Below, in pieces: positions 48,843-58,227 of a stretch of DNA of 64,000 nucleotides; positions within the stretch are counted from its first letter, which is position 1, and the number at the start of each line of letters is the position of its first letter. Location: the NCBI GenBank assembly GCA_035285585.1, contig JAYKGU010000213.1:21377-85376 (forward strand). Direction: 5' to 3'. The stretch is from Synechococcales cyanobacterium. GTDB lineage: Bacteria; Cyanobacteriota; Cyanobacteriia; CAKZMO01. Below the pieces are notes generated by a model. That model had not been told where the DNA came from, did no database searches, and saw only the letters and a program-made list of their open reading frames with translations. The translations under genes were made by a program, and so were the position numbers.

Positions 48843-49520
48843 ATGAAAAGAATCCTGATTGTTGAAGACGATATCACCCTGCGAACGGCACTCTGCCACT
48901 TCCTGGAAAAGCGAGGCTATGTCGTCCAGACGGCTAACAGCGGCACCGACGCCCTCCACCTGTTTGAGGAAATCCAGCCAGACCTGGTGGTTTCTGATGT
49001 CCTGATGCCTGGAATGGACGGACTGGAGTTTTGCCGCCGCCTGCGGGCCAATCGGCTGGGGCAACTGGTGCCCTTTATCTTTTTGTCGAGCCGGGGGGCG
49101 GTGGATGACCGGGTGGAAGGCCATGAGATGGGCGCTGATGACTACCTGGTTAAGCCCTTCGAACCTCGGGAACTGGTAGCCAAGATTGAAGCCCAGTTGG
49201 AGCGATCGCGCCGCATCCACACCGAAATCGTGAAACTGATGCAGCAGGTTCAGTCTGCCGCTCCTCAAGCCCCATCCCAGGCTGAGCCTGAACCGCTGCC
49301 CCTGACGCCCGCCGAGGAGAAGGTCTTTTGGGAAGTCATTCAGGGGTTGACAAATAAGCAGATCGGCGATCGCCTCTACATCAGCCCCCGCACCGTTCAG
49401 ACCCACCTCAGCAACATCTTGAGTAAACTGGGTTTAGAGAACCGCTCCCAGCTAACCCGCTTTGCCTTTGAGCGGGGCTATCATCCCCCTGTAGAGGAAT
49501 ACCAAACTGCCGAAGAATAG
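48843..49520 (+). CDS. NarL/FixJ-type response regulator (REC + LuxR HTH)
   Basis: REC domain with EDD, the phospho-acceptor context VVSDVLMPGMDG, and KPF. C-terminal LTPAEEKVFWEVIQGLTNKQIGDRLYISPRTVQTHLSNILSKLG. Confidence 0.88.
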   Translation: MKRILIVEDDITLRTALCHFLEKRGYVVQTANSGTDALHLFEEIQPDLVVSDVLMPGMDGLEFCRRLRANRLGQLVPFIFLSSRGAVDDRVEGHEMGADDYLVKPFEPRELVAKIEAQLERSRRIHTEIVKLMQQVQSAAPQAPSQAEPEPLPLTPAEEKVFWEVIQGLTNKQIGDRLYISPRTVQTHLSNILSKLGLENRSQLTRFAFERGYHPPVEEYQTAEE

Positions 49521-49605
49521 GGGATGCATCTCCACTCTCACCTACCGGTACCCCTAAACTGGTAAGATATGCTTTGCATTCAGGGGCAAGCTGGATATCG
49601 GCATA

Positions 49606-50214
49606 GTGGACAGTCTAGAACAGTGCAGAATGGATAAGTACCAAGGCAGAAACGGAGATAATGAAGAGGCACCAAATGACGCTGAGATCGTCATCTTAAC
49701 TGACGACCAGGGGCGATCGCTCTCCTGTTACTTAGAGCGGACATTCGATGTCAACGGTGACCGATACGCGCTTTTGCTGCCGGTCGATCCCCCCATCGAA
49801 ATCTTCGCCTGGGACGTTGTCGATGACGACGAAGAAGAGGAAAACCTGGTGGACATCACCGATGACGAGCTAGACGAGGTCTTCCCCACGGCGCGGGCGG
49901 TTCTGGCAGAGCAAAACATCGCGCTACAGCGCACGGCAGTCACTCTCACCGCCACAGGAGAAATTCCCGTCCCCGAAGATGACGACATCATTACCCTCGA
50001 CCTGGGAGAAGATGAGGCCGAGCTAGAAGCCGAGCAGCTCCAGCTTCTGGCCACTTTTTATCAAGACGAGCAGGAATATTCGGTCTACACCCCGCTTGAC
50101 CCCCTGCTAATCTGTGTACGGCTCAAGGGGGATGGCACCCCAGAACTGCTCAGCCCTGAAGAATTTCAGGTGATGCGATCGCAGCTTGAAGATTACCTCT
50201 TCGAAGACCTTTGA
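49606..50214 (+). CDS. Highly acidic conserved hypothetical protein
   Basis: 202 aa. VILTDDQGRSLSCYLERTFDVNGDRYALLLPVDPPIEIFAW is followed by D/E-rich stretches, and the second half repeats the theme. It resembles a cyanobacterial DUF family that I cannot name with certainty. ATG 49630 is an alternative start. Confidence 0.55.
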   Translation: MDSLEQCRMDKYQGRNGDNEEAPNDAEIVILTDDQGRSLSCYLERTFDVNGDRYALLLPVDPPIEIFAWDVVDDDEEEENLVDITDDELDEVFPTARAVLAEQNIALQRTAVTLTATGEIPVPEDDDIITLDLGEDEAELEAEQLQLLATFYQDEQEYSVYTPLDPLLICVRLKGDGTPELLSPEEFQVMRSQLEDYLFEDL

Positions 50215-50297
50215 GTTTCCTGAAAGGATAACTGCCGCTGCCCTGGGGAAACGTTCATAGATTCTCAACGGTTGCCGAGTCGCTGGAGGACAGTTCT

Positions 50298-51395
50298 GTG
50301 CTGAAATGGCTCTTTTATCTCCTGATCTTTCCCGCTACGCTGGGGGTTGCAGGCTGGCAGGGCTGGGCCTGGTGGAGCTGGGCGAGCGCTCCCCCGCAGG
50401 CCGAAGCCGCCCCCACCGATGCCGAGCTGGCCGCAGCCCTGGTGCAGTACGACATTTCCCAGGGTACTTCGGCCCGACAAATTGGCCAGGATCTGGCCTC
50501 CGCTGGCATGATCCGGTCAGAAATGGCCTGGAACCTGTGGACCCGCTGGCAAACCGTCACCAACCGACCAGGGGGCTTTCTGGCCGGTACTTACGTCATT
50601 TCTCCCGTAGAACCGATGGAGGCGATCGCCAACCGCATCTGGGAAGGCGATGTCGTAGAGCTTAGCGTCACCATTCCCGAAGGCTGGACGTTGGCAGACA
50701 TTGCCAGCGCCTTCGCTGCCCAGGGGGATTTCGCTGCGGAAGACTTCATCGCCGCCAGCCGCCAGGTTTCTCAGGCCGACTATCCCTGGCTACCCGCTGG
50801 CGTGTTTGGTGCAGATGGGGCCAATTTGGAAGGATTTCTTTACCCCGATACCTATCAGCTTGCAAATAACGCAGCCCCTGAGCAACTCGTTGGCCAGATG
50901 CTCGACCGCTTTGAGCAAGTGGCCCTGCCCGTCTACGAGAGGCAGTCCAGCCCCTACTCGCTGCTGGAGTGGGTAACCCTGGCCAGCATTGTCGAACGGG
51001 AAGCGGTGATCGCCAGTGAACGTCCGTTAATTGCGGCGGTATTCGCCAAGCGGCTGCGGGAAAACATTCCCCTGGGGGCCGACCCCACCGTGGAGTATGC
51101 CCTGGGCATTCGCCAAACCCCCGAAAACCCCCTCACCTTTTCGGACATCCGCACCCCATCCCCCTACAACACCTATCGAAATCCCGGACTGCCCCCCGGC
51201 CCCATTGCCAATCCGGGGGTAGCCAGCCTGGAGGCTTCTCTCAATCCACCCGATACGGAATTTCTGTACTTTGTGGCCCGCTACGACGGCACCCACGTTT
51301 TCAGCCGCACCCTGCAGGAGCATGAGGCCGCCCAGTCGCAGATTCGCGATCGCATCGACGCCCAGCAACCCTCTGAATCAAGCAGCGATTCCTAA
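50298..51395 (+). CDS. mltG: Endolytic murein transglycosylase MltG (YceG-like)
   Basis: N-terminal TM, then SIVEREAVIASERPLIAAVFAKRL...GADPTVEYALG...SPYNTYRNPGLPPGPIANPG, a typical YceG/MltG core. Confidence 0.85.
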   Translation: MLKWLFYLLIFPATLGVAGWQGWAWWSWASAPPQAEAAPTDAELAAALVQYDISQGTSARQIGQDLASAGMIRSEMAWNLWTRWQTVTNRPGGFLAGTYVISPVEPMEAIANRIWEGDVVELSVTIPEGWTLADIASAFAAQGDFAAEDFIAASRQVSQADYPWLPAGVFGADGANLEGFLYPDTYQLANNAAPEQLVGQMLDRFEQVALPVYERQSSPYSLLEWVTLASIVEREAVIASERPLIAAVFAKRLRENIPLGADPTVEYALGIRQTPENPLTFSDIRTPSPYNTYRNPGLPPGPIANPGVASLEASLNPPDTEFLYFVARYDGTHVFSRTLQEHEAAQSQIRDRIDAQQPSESSSDS

Positions 51396-51565
51396 TAAGC
51401 GCGATCGCCCGTTGCTGCTTGCGCCTTGAAAGAGGCCTGTGACGATCTTTCTAGTGGACGGGAACCCTGAGATTAGCTCATGCCATTTGCAACAATGGAT
51501 GCAAGCCTGTCTATCAATACAGCGCCCGTTCCATTGCTGGTTTCCGCTTCAGAGGCCTATCAGCC

Positions 51566-52417
51566 ATGATTGACTCCCTATTTGATTCCTTAACCACCCT
51601 GCGGCGACGCTGGGTCTATGGTTTGCTCTCTATGCTCGTTGCTGTCGGGCTGGTGATTGGCACACCCAGTGCGGCCCCAGCGAGTTCCTGGTTTGATCTG
51701 ATCTTCCGTGGAATTCAGATTATTCAGCTCTCCAGCCTATCTGACCGCCAGGAGGTGCAGTTGGGTGGTCAAATTAACGAACAGCTGGTGGGCGATCAGT
51801 TTGAACTCTATGGCGATCGCGCCATTAACGACTACGTTAAGCAAATCGGTCAGCGCCTGGTGCCCACCAGCACCCGCTCCGATATTCCTTACACCTTCCA
51901 GGTGGTGCGTGACAACAGTATCAACGCCTTTGCCACCATGGGCGGTTATGTCTACGTCACCACGGGGCTGCTGCGGGCGGCGGACAACGAAGCCCAGGTG
52001 GCCAGCGTATTGGGGCACGAAATTGGTCACATTGCCGGACGCCACGCCGTTGAGCAAATGCGGCAAATGGCGATCGCCCAGGGGGTGATGACCGCTGCAG
52101 GGGTCGACCAAAGCGCCCTGGTAAACATTGGGGTCGAATTAGCCCTGCGTCGCCCCAACAGTCGCGAAGACGAGCGCGAGGCCGATATCCTGGGGCTGGA
52201 CAATTTAATCCAGGCCGGATATGCCCCATCTGCCATGGTGGCCTTTATGGAAAAGCTGTTGCGGCAGGGGTCACCCCCCAGCTTCCTGAGCACCCATCCC
52301 TCGGTCGGGAGCCGCATTGAGGCCCTCAATGCCCAAATCGATCCCGCCAACGCCAACGTCGGTGATGGCCTCAACAACGAGGCGTACCGCTCTCGGGTGA
52401 GTCGCCTGCCGTCTTAG
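51566..52417 (+). CDS. M48-family zinc metallopeptidase
   Basis: LGHEIGHIAGRH (HExxH) followed by EREADILG. Has an N-terminal signal/TM segment. Confidence 0.8.
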   Translation: MIDSLFDSLTTLRRRWVYGLLSMLVAVGLVIGTPSAAPASSWFDLIFRGIQIIQLSSLSDRQEVQLGGQINEQLVGDQFELYGDRAINDYVKQIGQRLVPTSTRSDIPYTFQVVRDNSINAFATMGGYVYVTTGLLRAADNEAQVASVLGHEIGHIAGRHAVEQMRQMAIAQGVMTAAGVDQSALVNIGVELALRRPNSREDEREADILGLDNLIQAGYAPSAMVAFMEKLLRQGSPPSFLSTHPSVGSRIEALNAQIDPANANVGDGLNNEAYRSRVSRLPS

Positions 52418-52424
52418 CCTCGAT

Positions 52425-52536
52425 TAGGATAGGTCGGCACAGTTAAATTCATGTTGTGAAATTCATGTTAAAAAAACTGGGGGAGCGCCCCGACGAGGTG
52501 CTTTCCCAGTTTTCTCGTTTTTCAATGCAGCTCTAC
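52425..52536 (+). mobile_element. Degenerate copy of MITE family E1 (see 57768..57859)
   Basis: ataggtcggcacagttaaattcatgtt[gtgaaattcatgtt]aaaaaaactgggggagcgcccc...ttttctcgtttttcaatgcagctctac aligns with the E1 consensus. It carries an internal 14-bp duplication and many mismatches. Confidence 0.6.
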
Positions 52537-52628
52537 GGCGTTACGCTTTCGCGTTAGGACATTCAAGAGGTGTGGAACCCCCGCGTCGCGGGGGTTCCAC
52601 ACTCAAACCTTAGCCCGTAGGGCTATAC
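52537..52628 (+). repeat. 92-bp repeat family E2, copy 1 (contains a 16-bp-stem hairpin)
   Basis: ggcgttacgctttcgcgttaggacattcaagaggtgtggaacccccgcgTcgcgggggttccacactcaaaccttagcccgtagggctatac. It is identical to 60357-60448 except for the central loop base. The stem is gtgtggaacccccgcg / cgcgggggttccacac (52570-52602). Confidence 0.95.
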
Positions 52629-52677
52629 TGAAGCAGGTGGGTGGATAGAATTTAGCCACCCCCCCCCATTTACCCTT

Positions 52678-53808
52678 TTACCGCATGCCCGGAATCAGTC
52701 CCCGGCTCAGCCGCTTCATGGCCGTATTGGCTACGTCTGCATAGCGCGCATTGCCGCAGAGGATCTGAACCATCTGGCGGGTGGCAGTGGGTCGCTTGAC
52801 CCCGAGCTTGTAGCCCACCTTCGGAACGCGGTAGAAAACGCCTGCCAGCCGCTGTGCCCAGGCCAGATCTGTACCCCATTCTTCGTTGATCACCCTGGTA
52901 TAGGTTTCCAGGGCGTTGATGTTACCGGCGATCGCCTCGTCAATGGCCTCCGCTGCCTTCATACCGCTAAAGATAGAGGGCCGAATCCCTTCCGCTGTAA
53001 AGGGATCGACCACGCAGGCCGCCTCTCCGGCTAAAACAGCGTTTTGGGTATGAAGGGTCTGGTTACCGTCCCACAGACACAGGGGATGGCCGTATTGGCG
53101 AGTGGTAGTAAAGTCAATGCCAAACATCTTGGCGTATTCAGTGAGGATTTGCTTGAAATCTTGGGATTCTCCACCGCGAAACGTGCCCATCCCGATGGAA
53201 TAGCCGTCGGCCTTGGGGAAGTTCCAGATGTAACCATTTTTCACCATGCCAAACTCAAAGTGGATGGTTTGGGCATTTGGGGTATCCAGGGCAGCTTCGG
53301 CTTCGAGGGCACCCGCCAGACGGCGCTTGCGCTCTTTGAAGCCCAGCCATTTGGCCATTGGCCCCTTAGCGCCATCCGCCGCGATCAGATAGCGGGCGGA
53401 GAAGGAATCCTGGGGAGTGTTGACCTGCCAGCGATCGCCCTGAAACTCAATGCCCGTCACTTCCAAACCATCTCTGAGGACAGCGCCCTGCTGCTGGGCC
53501 TGCTGCACCAGGAAATGGTCGAACACATCGCGGCGTACCATCCAGATAGGTTCCAGCCCCTGGAGCTTCACCTCGACGGGGTCGTCCATTTCCCAGGTAT
53601 AGCGGAGGGCATCGACCTTGAGGGAGATGGCCGGGGTGAAGTCAAAATCAAACCACTGGGCCACCTGGGGTGAAACCCCGCCGCCACAGGGCTTGTAGCG
53701 AGGAAGGGACTCTTTTTCCAGCACGAGCACTGATCGTCCTCGCTTTGCCAGGTGGTAAGCTGCGGTTCCACCCGCTGGGCCTGAACCCACCACAATACAG
53801 TCATACAT
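52678..53808 (-). CDS. FAD-dependent oxidoreductase of the geranylgeranyl-reductase family
   Basis: MYDCIVVGSGPAGGTAAYHLAKRGRSVLVLEKE (a dinucleotide-binding fold). Size and central motifs are typical of GGR-family flavoproteins. Confidence 0.7.
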   Translation of the reverse strand: MYDCIVVGSGPAGGTAAYHLAKRGRSVLVLEKESLPRYKPCGGGVSPQVAQWFDFDFTPAISLKVDALRYTWEMDDPVEVKLQGLEPIWMVRRDVFDHFLVQQAQQQGAVLRDGLEVTGIEFQGDRWQVNTPQDSFSARYLIAADGAKGPMAKWLGFKERKRRLAGALEAEAALDTPNAQTIHFEFGMVKNGYIWNFPKADGYSIGMGTFRGGESQDFKQILTEYAKMFGIDFTTTRQYGHPLCLWDGNQTLHTQNAVLAGEAACVVDPFTAEGIRPSIFSGMKAAEAIDEAIAGNINALETYTRVINEEWGTDLAWAQRLAGVFYRVPKVGYKLGVKRPTATRQMVQILCGNARYADVANTAMKRLSRGLIPGMR

Positions 53809-53999
53809 AGATATTCAGCGCTCCTCGCCGCGTAGAAATTGATGACCTGGTCTTGTCTTCAACAGTTTAGGAGGCTGTCTTAACAAACGGTTAGGATTTG
53901 TAGGAAAATTTCAGCCCTTTTCTTAAAGGGACGTTGAAGAATGCGGGTGGCGGGTTAAGGAGATTTCCAGAAAAAATTTTACCCTCGGTTAAACGCTTG

Positions 54000-54026
54000 G
54001 TAGGGGAAATGGCCATTTGTCCCTAC
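54000..54026. repeat. Second copy of the GTAGGGG(C)AAATGGCCATTTG(T)CCCTAC palindrome
   Basis: gtaggggaaatggccatttgtccctac, 38 bp downstream of the histidine-kinase-like gene's stop (54065). Confidence 0.8.
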
Positions 54027-54064
54027 GTCGTCCGGTAGATCATTCTCAAAAATCTCCTAACGCC

Positions 54065-55720
54065 CTACCCGTCCCGTCGATAAACAGGCAGCAGCACATT
54101 AAAGGTGGAGCCTTCCCCCAATCGGCTTTTGACTGAAATTGAGCCGCTGCAGCGCAGCAGCAACTGCTGCACGATGGAAAGGCCCAGTCCGGCCCCACTG
54201 GTATCCTCCCCGGCGGCGGGGCGCACGCGATAGAACCGATTAAAAATTTTGGGAATATCGGTGGGGGCAATGCCGACCCCGGTGTCACGAAATTCGATCT
54301 GAACGTAGTCGCCCTGCTGATTAGCCCGTACCCAGACCTGTCCCCCCTCCGGCGTGAACTTGATGCTGTTGTGGAGGAGGTTGATGACAATTTGTCGCAG
54401 CCAGGTATTCAGGCAGGTGACGGCAGGGAGGTCTTCGGGGATGGTGTAGGCCAGCATGATGCCCTTTTCCTGCGCTAGCGGCTGGTAAGTGCTGACCACC
54501 CCCGGCACCACATCAATGAGCCGCAGGGGCTGGAGGGGGGCGTGGTCATCGACGTTTTCCAACTGCACCAGGTCAAGCACACTGGTAATTAAAGCACTCT
54601 GGCGATCGCACTCCTGACTGAGCATGTCCAGATAGCGCTGTCGCTGGTTGGGTTTGATATTGGGAGAACCCAGCAGGGATAGGGCGGTTTTCATTGTAGC
54701 CAGGGGGGTGCGCAGTTCCTGGCCCACATTTTTGAAAAACTCGTCTTTGAGGCGAATGGCGTTGAGCAGCTCCTCATTTTCTAGCTGCAGCTCGGTTGCA
54801 TTGTCGGCATGACGACGGGCAGCGGCTCCACTGTGCCAAACTTCTTCGTAGCGCTGAAACTGAATGCTGGAGAAATAACCGGCCAGCGTTGGATCGAGGG
54901 CCGATGTCTGCATCATTTGCAACGGCTGTTTCCACTGGTTAAGCAGGCTAGACAGGCTGTCAATGTCGGTAAGGGACAGCACGCAGTCGCTCTCTACGGC
55001 CTGCTGAATACCACCCATTACCCGCTGCAGGGTGGCCGGATCGAGGGAGCAAATTCCCAGCAGAGGATGTTTGCGATCGCTGGTTTCGGCGATGGTTTCC
55101 GCCGACTTGATGCCGTTAATGGTGTGAGGAGCGGCGGTGGTGGACACGGTAATATGGCGGGCCGATCGGGGCCGATGGGCCAGCAGGATAATTTGGAACC
55201 CTGGGGCGATCGCCAGCACAAAGTATTCACGGCGCAGGCGACTGTCAGGGGAGAGCCAGATCTCCAGCGGCATGGTGGATGGAGATTCGGGGGTGGCCAT
55301 TCCCGCCAGCTCATTACGGATGTCCATCTCGCTCTCCATGCCATCGGATCCCTCGTCCAAATCTGCGAGAGATTCAGTTGCGGGGGCAGCGGGTGGGCTG
55401 GCTGACGAATCGGCGATCGCCCCATCTGCACCATAGGGCGACTGGGGAGATTGGTCGCGCAGCCGTCGCAGCAAATAGATGGACTGCCCTCCCCGCACGG
55501 CCTGAGCGTAGCGTTGGAAGGGGGCATCCCAAACTTTGCCACGGGGCATCTTGGTCCAAATGTGGGCCGAAATTTCCTGTTGAATCAGCAGGGTAATGAG
55601 TGACTCGACCATTCCCTTAAAAGTGGCTGGACTGACTTTTAGGGGAACTGGCGGGCGCTCGGAGGCCAGGGCCAACTCGTAGAGCGACAAATCTTTGGAT
55701 TTAGGCGTCGAAGCACTCAT
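54065..55720 (-). CDS. Histidine-kinase-like protein (possible DICT-type N-terminal sensor; H-box lacks the His)
   Basis: HATPase motifs are intact: NLLHNSIKFTPEGG, FRDTGVGI, GAGLGLSIV. The H-box reads FFKNVGQELRTPLATM, with Gln where the phospho-acceptor His normally sits. The start is placed at Met35 of the long ORF (MSASTPKSK, 55720). Confidence 0.8.
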   Translation of the reverse strand: MSASTPKSKDLSLYELALASERPPVPLKVSPATFKGMVESLITLLIQQEISAHIWTKMPRGKVWDAPFQRYAQAVRGGQSIYLLRRLRDQSPQSPYGADGAIADSSASPPAAPATESLADLDEGSDGMESEMDIRNELAGMATPESPSTMPLEIWLSPDSRLRREYFVLAIAPGFQIILLAHRPRSARHITVSTTAAPHTINGIKSAETIAETSDRKHPLLGICSLDPATLQRVMGGIQQAVESDCVLSLTDIDSLSSLLNQWKQPLQMMQTSALDPTLAGYFSSIQFQRYEEVWHSGAAARRHADNATELQLENEELLNAIRLKDEFFKNVGQELRTPLATMKTALSLLGSPNIKPNQRQRYLDMLSQECDRQSALITSVLDLVQLENVDDHAPLQPLRLIDVVPGVVSTYQPLAQEKGIMLAYTIPEDLPAVTCLNTWLRQIVINLLHNSIKFTPEGGQVWVRANQQGDYVQIEFRDTGVGIAPTDIPKIFNRFYRVRPAAGEDTSGAGLGLSIVQQLLLRCSGSISVKSRLGEGSTFNVLLPVYRRDG

Positions 55721-55853
55721 GGGTATCCGGGGGAAACTAACTAGGACAAGACGGGCGGGGGCAACTGGATGGTGGATCAATCGCAGCCATTTTGATAAAG
55801 GCGATCGCCGCTTCACAGGCATCGGAAATCACCAGGGCAGTCCCTCATCAGGG

Positions 55854-55958
55854 TAAGTAGAACTGCATTGAAAAACGAAGGTTAGAAAACCGGGGAAGTA
55901 CCCCGGTGGGGCGCTCCCCCGGTTTTCTAACATGAATTTAATTGTGCTGACCTACTTA
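55854..55958 (-). mobile_element. MITE family E1, inverted copy with a 13-bp internal insertion
   Basis: taagtagaactgcattgaaaaacgaaggttagaaaaccgggg[aagtaccccggtg]gggcgctcccccggttttctaacatgaatttaattgtgctgacctactta is the reverse complement of the 57768..57859 copy. Confidence 0.9.
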
Positions 55959-56086
55959 TCTATCCACAATTTATGGCACAGGTCGAGCCGAGGTTCACTC
56001 AATTGTTGGGTGTTTCGGTTAAGAACGGCACGAGCCTTCAAAAATTTTTAAATTCAACCGGCAGTCGCCCCTGGCCCCTTTGTTTT

Positions 56087-57628
56087 TTACCCAGGTCTTC
56101 CCAACCGTTGCATCAGAGCCGTTCTAGCCTGCTCCCGATCGTCAAAATGCACCTTCTCCGTTCCCAAAATCTGGTAGTCTTCATGGCCTTTGCCCGCAAT
56201 CAACACGCTGTCCCCCGGTTGGGCCTCTAAAATCGCCGTTTGGATGGCTGCAGCGCGATCGCCCAGAACCACTGGACGTGCCTCACTGGGAATTCCCTCC
56301 AAGATATCCTGCAAAATCCGATCCGGGTCTTCCGTCCGGGGATTGTCAGAGGTGACAATCACCACATCCGCCAGTCGGGCGGCGATCGCCCCCATCTTGG
56401 GCCGTTTGGTGCGATCGCGATCGCCTCCGCAACCAAACACACAGATCAGCCGCTGCTGCACAAAGGGGCGGGCCGCCTTCAGCATGTTTTCCAGACTGTC
56501 GGGGGTGTGGGCATAATCCACAATCACGCTGATGTCCTGGCCTTCAGACACCTGCACCCGCTCCATGCGTCCTGGTACGCCGCCAAATTGGGGCAGGGCC
56601 GCCACCATCTGGTCAAGGGAGAGGCCCAGGTGTAGTCCCGTTCCTAGGGCTGCCAGCAGGTTGGCGAGGTTGAACTGGCCTACCAGAGGAGAGCAAAATT
56701 CGGCTGAACCTTGAGGCGTTTCTACGATGCCGCGCACCCTGTCAGATTCGTAGGTGAGCGATCGCGTCCACAAATCCGCCGTCTGGTCGTGGGTGCTGTA
56801 GGCCCAAACCCGATCAGCACCGATTTCTGAGCCAATCTGCTGAATGAGGCGCTGACCAAACGGATCATCCTGGTTGATAATGGCCCGCCCCCCCAGGTAG
56901 CTAGGGGAAAACAGGAGCGCCTTGGCCGCAAAATAGTCCTCCAGATCACGGTGATAGTCGAGGTGATCCTGGGTCAGGTTAGTAAACACCCCAACGTCGA
57001 ATTTGCAGCCTGCTACACGCTTCTGCGCCAGGGCGTGGGAGCTGACCTCCATGACACCGTAGTGGCAGCCCGCCCCCACGGCTGCCGCTAGCTGTTCCTG
57101 CAGCTCAACGGCAAAGGGGGTGGTGTGGACGGCGGTACGCTGATGGTCGGGCCAGCGGGTATACAGGGTGCCGAAAAGGGCCGTTGGCTGCTGGGATTGG
57201 TTCAGCAAAAACTCAATCAGGTGGGTGGTGGTGGTTTTGCCGTTGGTACCCGTGACGCCAGCCAGCCGGAGCTTTTGCGCTGGGAAGTCGTAAAAAGCCG
57301 AGGCCACCTGGGCACAGGCAGCGGCCAGATCGGGCAGCACAATCAGGCAGGCAGCCTCCCGATCAGGGACGGTGGCGGTGCGCTCCGCGGCGGTGGGGGA
57401 AATGAGAGCAGCGATCGCACCCGAGGCGATCGCACTGGGCCAAAACTCGCCCCCATCCACCCGCGTCCCCGGCATCCCAATAAACAGCACCCCTGGGCCA
57501 CAGGCGTGGGAATTGGTGGATAGCCCTGTCACCTCTGCCCCCAGGGCTGGATGGTCGGGCCGTAAAACTTTTGCCTCGGCCATTAGCGGCAGCGCGGCCA
57601 GCAGCTCTTGTAGCGTCATGGTCATCAC
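56087..57628 (-). CDS. murE: UDP-N-acetylmuramoyl-L-alanyl-D-glutamate--2,6-diaminopimelate ligase
   Basis: GVTGTNGKTTTTHLI P-loop. The Mur ligase central and C-terminal domains carry SDNPRTEDP (the MurE DNPR motif). Confidence 0.9.
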   Translation of the reverse strand: MMTMTLQELLAALPLMAEAKVLRPDHPALGAEVTGLSTNSHACGPGVLFIGMPGTRVDGGEFWPSAIASGAIAALISPTAAERTATVPDREAACLIVLPDLAAACAQVASAFYDFPAQKLRLAGVTGTNGKTTTTHLIEFLLNQSQQPTALFGTLYTRWPDHQRTAVHTTPFAVELQEQLAAAVGAGCHYGVMEVSSHALAQKRVAGCKFDVGVFTNLTQDHLDYHRDLEDYFAAKALLFSPSYLGGRAIINQDDPFGQRLIQQIGSEIGADRVWAYSTHDQTADLWTRSLTYESDRVRGIVETPQGSAEFCSPLVGQFNLANLLAALGTGLHLGLSLDQMVAALPQFGGVPGRMERVQVSEGQDISVIVDYAHTPDSLENMLKAARPFVQQRLICVFGCGGDRDRTKRPKMGAIAARLADVVIVTSDNPRTEDPDRILQDILEGIPSEARPVVLGDRAAAIQTAILEAQPGDSVLIAGKGHEDYQILGTEKVHFDDREQARTALMQRLGRPG

Positions 57629-57650
57629 CCTCCTAACGTTCCACCTCAGA

Positions 57651-57744
57651 TTAAGTGCTCAAGCACAATTAATTACATTTCTTGAGGGTGTGTGCCCTCG
57701 GCGGGGGCGCATCCCTCCAGGAAAATATTTCGTTCAACTACTTA
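57651..57744 (+). mobile_element. MITE family E3, copy 1
   Basis: taagtgctcaagcacaattaattacatttcttgagggtgtgtgccctcggcgggggcgcatccctccaggaaaatatttcgttcaactactta. It aligns with 58228-58323. It has TAAGT... termini and an internal tttcttgaggg/ccctccaggaaa stem. Confidence 0.8.
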
Positions 57745-57767
57745 GACTCAGACAGATTAGACTCAGA

Positions 57768-57859
57768 TAAGTAGGTCAGCACAATTAAATTCAGGTTAGA
57801 AAACCGGGGGAGCGCTCCCCCGGTTTTCTAACCTTCGTCTTTCAATGCAGTTCTACTTA
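57768..57859 (+). mobile_element. MITE family E1, reference copy (92 bp)
   Basis: Termini are taagtag...ctactta. The core is a perfect 40-bp palindrome, ggttagaaaaccgggggagc|gctcccccggttttctaacc (57794-57833). It overlaps the last ~10 codons and the stop codon of the glutaredoxin-like gene. Confidence 0.9.
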
Positions 57860-58127
57860 GATATTTTTGCAGCAGTTTCTCTAGCTGCTGCACCGAAGCA
57901 CGGGGCGACAGGCGCGGTAAGCGAACGGCTTGTCCGGTTGTTTCTCCATCTACCGTTGGCTCGGCAACCAGTACCGGAATTTCATACTGATAAGCATTAA
58001 ACCAGTCGGCATTTGTGGTGATATCGCGCACTTCCAGCTCAAATTTCGGCTCGCGAACCTGATCGAGCTTTTCGTGTAATCCCTCGCACAGGTGACACCC
58101 TGGTTTGCTAAACAAAATCAGCCGCAT
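57828..58127 (-). CDS. Glutaredoxin-like (thioredoxin-fold, CxxC) small protein
   Basis: MRLILFSKPGCHLCEGLHEKL...IPVLV is typical of the glutaredoxin-2/DUF836-like family. The start is placed at Met10 of the ORF (58127). The C-terminal SRTALKDEG and the stop are encoded by MITE E1. Confidence 0.7.
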   Translation of the reverse strand: MRLILFSKPGCHLCEGLHEKLDQVREPKFELEVRDITTNADWFNAYQYEIPVLVAEPTVDGETTGQAVRLPRLSPRASVQQLEKLLQKYLSRTALKDEG

Positions 58128-58227
58128 CTCAGTACCTCGTAACACTTTCTCCATAATATTTGTCGCTCGACAGGAGTTAGCATGGAGACTAGACTGGAAT
58201 ATTATTTTGAATCCGACAATACATCAA

